From the IMG/VR virus record IMGVR_UViG_3300034118_000003, positions 1 through 29,756 of that record: a stretch of DNA of 29,756 bases; one strand, written 5' to 3'. This document shows, piece after piece, positions 25,798 through 29,756 of this stretch. This stretch comes from a virus. Lineage: Duplodnaviria > Caudoviricetes. The position numbers and the translations under genes are program-made. Below the pieces are notes generated by a model, which ran no database searches, was not told the origin of the DNA, and saw only the letters and a program-made list of their open reading frames with translations. How positions within the stretch are numbered: position 1 is the stretch's first letter; every line of letters begins with the position of its first letter.

Positions 25798-26484
25798 ATT
25801 GACCCGCTAACTTTATTAGCGGCAGCAAACGCAGCGGTCGCCGCAGTTCGAAAGGGCTGTGAGTTGTACAAGGAAATTAAGAGCGTAGCCGGAGAAGCAA
25901 AAGACGTTATTGATGATCTGAAGCAGCAGTACGACAAGATCGTTGATCCTACTCCGGCACAGAAGCAGCAGTACCACGCAGAAGTCCAGCGTGTGCAAGA
26001 GGTGGCAAAAGCCGACCCGAACGACGTTTTTACCGACATCGGTAATCAGTTGGGTGCGTTGATGGACAGCTATGACGCAATCAGCAAGTTGTTCTTGAAG
26101 GAGCAGTTGGACGCCAAGCAGGTCTACAAGGGTGAAGAGAGTATCGGGCGGCGGGCGTTGAAGCGGATACTGATTACGGCGAGATTAGATGCCATGCTGG
26201 TAGAGATTCGAGAGACGATGACATACCGAGCGCCACCGGAGTTAGGTGCCTTGTGGAGCAAGTTTGAAGAGATGTGGCAGCGGATCGTTGCCGAGCAGGA
26301 AGAAGCCCACGCAGAGGAACTGAGGTTAGCTCAAATAGCAAGATGGCGACGCAAAAGAAGAATAGCGGAACTCAGGGCAAAAGTGGCGTGGTTTTCGGGA
26401 GTCGTATTTATACTAATTTGGGCGGCGGGTCTAATGTGGCTGGTAACGAAAAGCGCGACGATGAAAATGTCCCTTGGTCACTGA
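25798..26484 (+). CDS. Coiled-coil membrane protein, ~228 aa, probable ATT start
   Basis: The frame extends upstream of the TTG at 25864 to ATT-GAC-CCG (xDPLTLLAAANAAV), with GGAG 6 nt upstream; C-terminal TM segment. Confidence 0.7.
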   Translation: MDPLTLLAAANAAVAAVRKGCELYKEIKSVAGEAKDVIDDLKQQYDKIVDPTPAQKQQYHAEVQRVQEVAKADPNDVFTDIGNQLGALMDSYDAISKLFLKEQLDAKQVYKGEESIGRRALKRILITARLDAMLVEIRETMTYRAPPELGALWSKFEEMWQRIVAEQEEAHAEELRLAQIARWRRKRRIAELRAKVAWFSGVVFILIWAAGLMWLVTKSATMKMSLGH

Positions 26485-26648
26485 TCGTTGTAGTGATGGC
26501 TGTACTTTTGATGTTCTTTATCATAATGCCAATATTGGCTTTTATGTACTACGACATGCTGATAGCCACGAATGCTGCGGTGTATGAAGTCAAGAAGATG
26601 CGGGAACTACGCAAAGAGATTCAGATTGAACGGATGTACGGTAAATAA
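26343..26648 (+). CDS. Single-TM membrane protein overlapping the previous gene (start uncertain: 26343, 26436 or 26496)
   Basis: Long hydrophobic stretch WSLIVVVMAVLLMFFIIMPILAFMYY followed by a charged helix; ends just before the holin SD. Confidence 0.6.
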   Translation: MATQKKNSGTQGKSGVVFGSRIYTNLGGGSNVAGNEKRDDENVPWSLIVVVMAVLLMFFIIMPILAFMYYDMLIATNAAVYEVKKMRELRKEIQIERMYGK

Positions 26649-26657
26649 GGAGCAATC

Positions 26658-27170
26658 ATGCTGACGCTTATCTCAACTCTTGGTGGCTACCTAGTCGCTC
26701 TCTTTCCCAGACTGTTTGACCTGCTGCAAGACCGTGCGGACAAGAAGCACGAGCTAGACATCCTGCACATGCAGATGCGCCAGCAGTTGGCGCTGACAGA
26801 CAAGGGCTATTCCCCGTCAGATAAAACCGAGGAAGTCCGCGAAAACGATGAGCAAGATCATCAGCAGTACATGGCGCAGACCGCCGCTATTTACAACAAC
26901 CAAGAGAAGCTACTAGAGTCCTCTTCCCAGTGGGTCAAGGACATGACTGCGGCTACCCGCCCGTTTGTCACCTTCATCTTTGTGCTTGAGCTGGTGCTGA
27001 TCAACTTGTTGACGATGCTGTGGATTTTCATACATGGCAACACAATCACTTCTGTGGGTGAGTTTATTCAGATCATGGAGATCGTGTTTGACGCAGACGA
27101 AATGGCCCTCTTGGGTACGATCATCGCTATGTGGTTTGGTTCCCGTGGTAACTCGAAGGCTAGCAAATGA
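26658..27170 (+). CDS. Putative holin (GTA 3TM-holin-like)
   Basis: SQWV...TRPFVTF...TM...IIAMWFGSRG; directly upstream of and overlapping the endolysin. Confidence 0.65.
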   Translation: MLTLISTLGGYLVALFPRLFDLLQDRADKKHELDILHMQMRQQLALTDKGYSPSDKTEEVRENDEQDHQQYMAQTAAIYNNQEKLLESSSQWVKDMTAATRPFVTFIFVLELVLINLLTMLWIFIHGNTITSVGEFIQIMEIVFDADEMALLGTIIAMWFGSRGNSKASK

Positions 27171-27652
27171 AGCTGCCGGTTGCCACAATTGCAATGATCA
27201 AGCACCACGAAGGTGTTCGATACAAGCCGTACAAGTGTCCGGCTAGGTTGTGGACGATAGGTGTGGGGCATGTGCTGTACCCAGAGCAGGGCAAGATGCC
27301 CGTCGATCAACGCGATAAGTTCGCACTCAAAGTAGAGGACTTCCGTGTATTTAGCAAAGAAGAAGTTGATTCGATCCTTGAGAAAGACCTACAGCGCTTT
27401 ATCGCTGGTGTTCTTCGTTACTGCCCTGACCATCTTAACGAAAATCGCTTGGGCGCGTTGGTCAGCTTTGCATTCAATGTTGGGCTAGGCACCCTCCAGA
27501 GATCCACTCTCCGGCAGAAGCACAACCGGGGTGACTTTGAAGGTGCGAAGCAGGAGTTCCTGAAGTTCACCAAGGGTGGTGGCAAGGTTTTGCCGGGTCT
27601 GGTGAAGCGTCGGAACGATGAGATAGCGCTCTATTTTGCGGCACCCAAATGA
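27167..27652 (+). CDS. Endolysin, GH24 lysozyme
   Basis: E-x8-C-x5-T catalytic triad (HEGVRYKPYKCPARLWTIGVGH), ALVSFAFNVG, LPGLVKRRNDE. Confidence 0.93.
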   Translation: MKLPVATIAMIKHHEGVRYKPYKCPARLWTIGVGHVLYPEQGKMPVDQRDKFALKVEDFRVFSKEEVDSILEKDLQRFIAGVLRYCPDHLNENRLGALVSFAFNVGLGTLQRSTLRQKHNRGDFEGAKQEFLKFTKGGGKVLPGLVKRRNDEIALYFAAPK

Positions 27653-28128
27653 ACCCTTACATGATCCTGATGGCGGTCTTGGCGGTCGGTATAGCGACTG
27701 CTGGGGGCTACTTTAAAGGCGAGAAAGACGGCTCTGCGGCTGTATACGCCGAGTGGGATGCGGAGCGCCTAAAGCAGCAGGAAGCCCATAATAAAGCCCT
27801 TCAGGAAGCCGTAGAGCGGCAGCAGCAGCTTCAGATGGGTGCAGATAGGCTAAGACAGGAGAAAGACCGTGAAACGCGTGATTTGGTTGCTCGTAATACC
27901 GCTTTGGCTAACAGCCTGCGCAACAGGCCGGAGCGCCCCACCCAAACCAGTACCGTGTCCAATCCCTCCGGCGCTGGATCAAGTGCCTGTACCGCCCGAG
28001 AGCTTTACCGAGAGGATAGCGAAGTGGTTGTCCGGATCGCTAGAGAAGCCGACGAAGTCAGAGTCGCCCTCAAGCAGTGCTACGCCCAATACGACCAAGT
28101 GAGGCAGAGCTATGAGCAGCGCCGTTAA
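27649..28128 (+). CDS. Rz-like inner-membrane spanin
   Basis: N-terminal TM, coiled coil, two C-terminal Cys; follows the endolysin. Confidence 0.8.
   Translation: MNPYMILMAVLAVGIATAGGYFKGEKDGSAAVYAEWDAERLKQQEAHNKALQEAVERQQQLQMGADRLRQEKDRETRDLVARNTALANSLRNRPERPTQTSTVSNPSGAGSSACTARELYREDSEVVVRIAREADEVRVALKQCYAQYDQVRQSYEQRR
27869..28102 (+). CDS. Rz1-like outer-membrane lipoprotein spanin, fully nested in Rz (+1 frame)
   Basis: SD AGGAG at 27857, GTG start, signal peptide MKRVIWLLVIPLWLTA/C with lipobox LTAC, Pro-rich mature part. Confidence 0.85.
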   Translation: MKRVIWLLVIPLWLTACATGRSAPPKPVPCPIPPALDQVPVPPESFTERIAKWLSGSLEKPTKSESPSSSATPNTTK

Positions 28129-28504
28129 GTCTGATCCCGCTAAATGGAAGCGGATTGTTGCTTCGGTGAAAGCCTCTGGCAAGGGTGGTGATCCGGGGGA
28201 ATGGAGCGCAAGAAAGGCTCAGTTAGCAACCCAGAAATATAAAGGTGCTGGAGGGGGTTACAAAGGCCCCAAAAAGGCAGATAATTCACTTGCAAAGTGG
28301 ACAAAAGAAGACTGGGGTACAAAGTCTGGCAAACCGTCCACACAAGGTTCTAAGGCGACAGGCGAACGATATTTGCCGAAACAAGCCCGAGAAAAATTAA
28401 CTCCTGCCGAGTACGGTGCTACGACCCGTGCCAAGAGAGAGGGTACTAAACAAGGCAAGCAATTCGTCCCGCAGCCTGAATCTATCAAGAAAAAGGTGTG
28501 GTGA
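28112..28504 (+). CDS. Small basic protein (DUF5872-like)
   Basis: GEWSARKAQL...GGGYKG...SLAKWTKEDWGTKSGK...GERYLP. Confidence 0.75.
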   Translation: MSSAVKSDPAKWKRIVASVKASGKGGDPGEWSARKAQLATQKYKGAGGGYKGPKKADNSLAKWTKEDWGTKSGKPSTQGSKATGERYLPKQAREKLTPAEYGATTRAKREGTKQGKQFVPQPESIKKKVW

Positions 28505-29139
28505 TGACTACAGCGGCTGTAATGACGTATGACTCACTGGTAGCTGACATTTCGAGCTACTTAGAGCGTACCGACCAAGCAACACTCGAAAAGATTCCTA
28601 CGTTCATCATGCTCGCTGAGCAGGTGATCGCTGCTGAGATTAAGTTCCTCGGCAACTTGACGCCTATGCAGTCTACGCTTGTGGCTAATCAGGCGGTCAT
28701 TGATAAGCCTGCACGCTGGCACAAGACGGTCTCTATGAACGTTACCGTAGGCGGTGTCAGACAGCCTGTATTCCTGCGCAAATACGAGTACCTGCGTGAA
28801 TACTGGCCTAATCCTACCCAGACTGACGCCCCTAAATACTACGCAGATTACGACTACACCCACTGGCTGATCGCTCCGACCCCGGACGATGACTACGCCT
28901 TTGAGGTGCTGTACTACGAGCGCATCCAGCCTTTGGATTCGTCTAATCAAGTTAACTGGTTCACCATCTACGCCCCGCAGGCTCTTCTGTATGGGACTCT
29001 GTTACAGGCTATGCCGTTCCTCAAAAACGACGAGCGCATACCGATGTGGCAGGCTCAGTACGACAAGATCATGCAGGTCTTGAAAGCCGAAGACATCCAG
29101 CGTATGGGTGACCGTCAAGCCGTTGCATTGGATAGCTAA
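28504..29139 (+). CDS. Second head-tail adaptor-like protein
   Basis: TYDSLVADISSYLER...IPTFIMLAE...PKYYA...IAPTPD...ALLYGTL; ATG 28504 overlaps the upstream TGA. Confidence 0.6.
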   Translation: MTTAAVMTYDSLVADISSYLERTDQATLEKIPTFIMLAEQVIAAEIKFLGNLTPMQSTLVANQAVIDKPARWHKTVSMNVTVGGVRQPVFLRKYEYLREYWPNPTQTDAPKYYADYDYTHWLIAPTPDDDYAFEVLYYERIQPLDSSNQVNWFTIYAPQALLYGTLLQAMPFLKNDERIPMWQAQYDKIMQVLKAEDIQRMGDRQAVALDS

Positions 29140-29141
29140 TC

Positions 29142-29756
29142 ATGAGCTACAACAGTCCTTTTACCGGAACCGTCATTCAACCGACGGATGTTTCTTTCCG
29201 TGCGGTAACGCTGTCTGCGAATACGCAGCTTCAGTGGCCTATTAACGGCAACGCAACGGATGACTACGCAGCCCGGATCATGAACGTAACGGCGACGACT
29301 TCGGGTCTGTCGCTGTACATGCCGCCTGCGAACCAGACCTCGGTAGGTAACGATGCCCTGATTCGCAACGTCGGCTCGAATACGTTCACGGTCAAGACGT
29401 TCAACAACGCTGGCACGATCATCTCTGTGGCGGCGGGTGAGACGAAGTACATCTACATCACGGCAAACCCAAATGAGGCCGGTACATGGGGCGTTATTGC
29501 CTTTGGTGTGGGCTCCTCTTCGGCAGATGCGGGTACGTTGGCTGGTTATGGCCTGCTGGCCTCTGGTGTAACCCTAAATCAGTCGCACCCTGTTACGACC
29601 TTTAGCTCAAGCGCTACTGCTGACGTTACTTACCGCGCACAGACGTATGTGTGGACTGGCGGTGCTGGTACGCTGACTCTGGATACCGTGAGTAATCTTG
29701 GCAACAACTGGTTTGTGATGCTGAGAAACTCTGGGACTGGCGCTCTGACGGTAGCA
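29142..29756 (+). CDS. Tail protein, 3'-truncated (not in ORF track)
   Basis: Open from ATG 29142 to the window end: MSYNSPFTGTVIQPTDVS...MPPANQTSVG...IRNVG...LRNSGTGALTVA. Confidence 0.75.
   Translation, partial: MSYNSPFTGTVIQPTDVSFRAVTLSANTQLQWPINGNATDDYAARIMNVTATTSGLSLYMPPANQTSVGNDALIRNVGSNTFTVKTFNNAGTIISVAAGETKYIYITANPNEAGTWGVIAFGVGSSSADAGTLAGYGLLASGVTLNQSHPVTTFSSSATADVTYRAQTYVWTGGAGTLTLDTVSNLGNNWFVMLRNSGTGALTVA

Noticed and set aside
27167-27652. SAR endolysin
   Set aside because: The N-terminus before the catalytic Glu is too short to form a signal-anchor-release helix.
1-29756. Alternative genetic code, introns/inteins, tRNAs
   Set aside because: Genes tile the window under the standard code with all three stops used; no intergenic space or motifs for such elements seen.

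Overview
The window is one co-oriented (+ strand) virion-morphogenesis and lysis region of a tailed dsDNA phage. The host is probably Gram-negative, judging from the nested Rz/Rz1 spanins. Gene order: terminase large subunit (3' part), a 1532-aa polyvalent protein with an ADP-ribosyltransferase-like domain, portal, GroES-like co-chaperonin, scaffold, putative cement protein, Mu-GpT-like major capsid, small basic/structural proteins, head-tail adaptor with a discoidin-like insert, a tail-fibre/receptor-binding cluster, holin, GH24 endolysin, Rz/Rz1, a second adaptor-like gene and a truncated tail gene. Most interesting: (1) a translationally coupled sulfotransferase + APS kinase (cysC) pair inside the tail-fibre cluster; (2) a recurring [MFYK]-[AK]-x-G-G-x-[VIA] peptide that delimits modules in the polyvalent protein and tags several basic proteins, a possible cargo-loading or cleavage signal; (3) an in-frame A_AAA_AAG site in the most motif-rich gene, where both predicted products end in their only Cys; (4) GC-rich anchors alternating with AT-rich cassettes inside single genes; (5) tandem DUF1566/C-lectin genes resembling DGR targets; (6) an ATT-initiated membrane gene. 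Family assignments are by eye from motifs; no searches were run. No tRNA, rRNA, CRISPR array, integrase or reverse transcriptase was seen.
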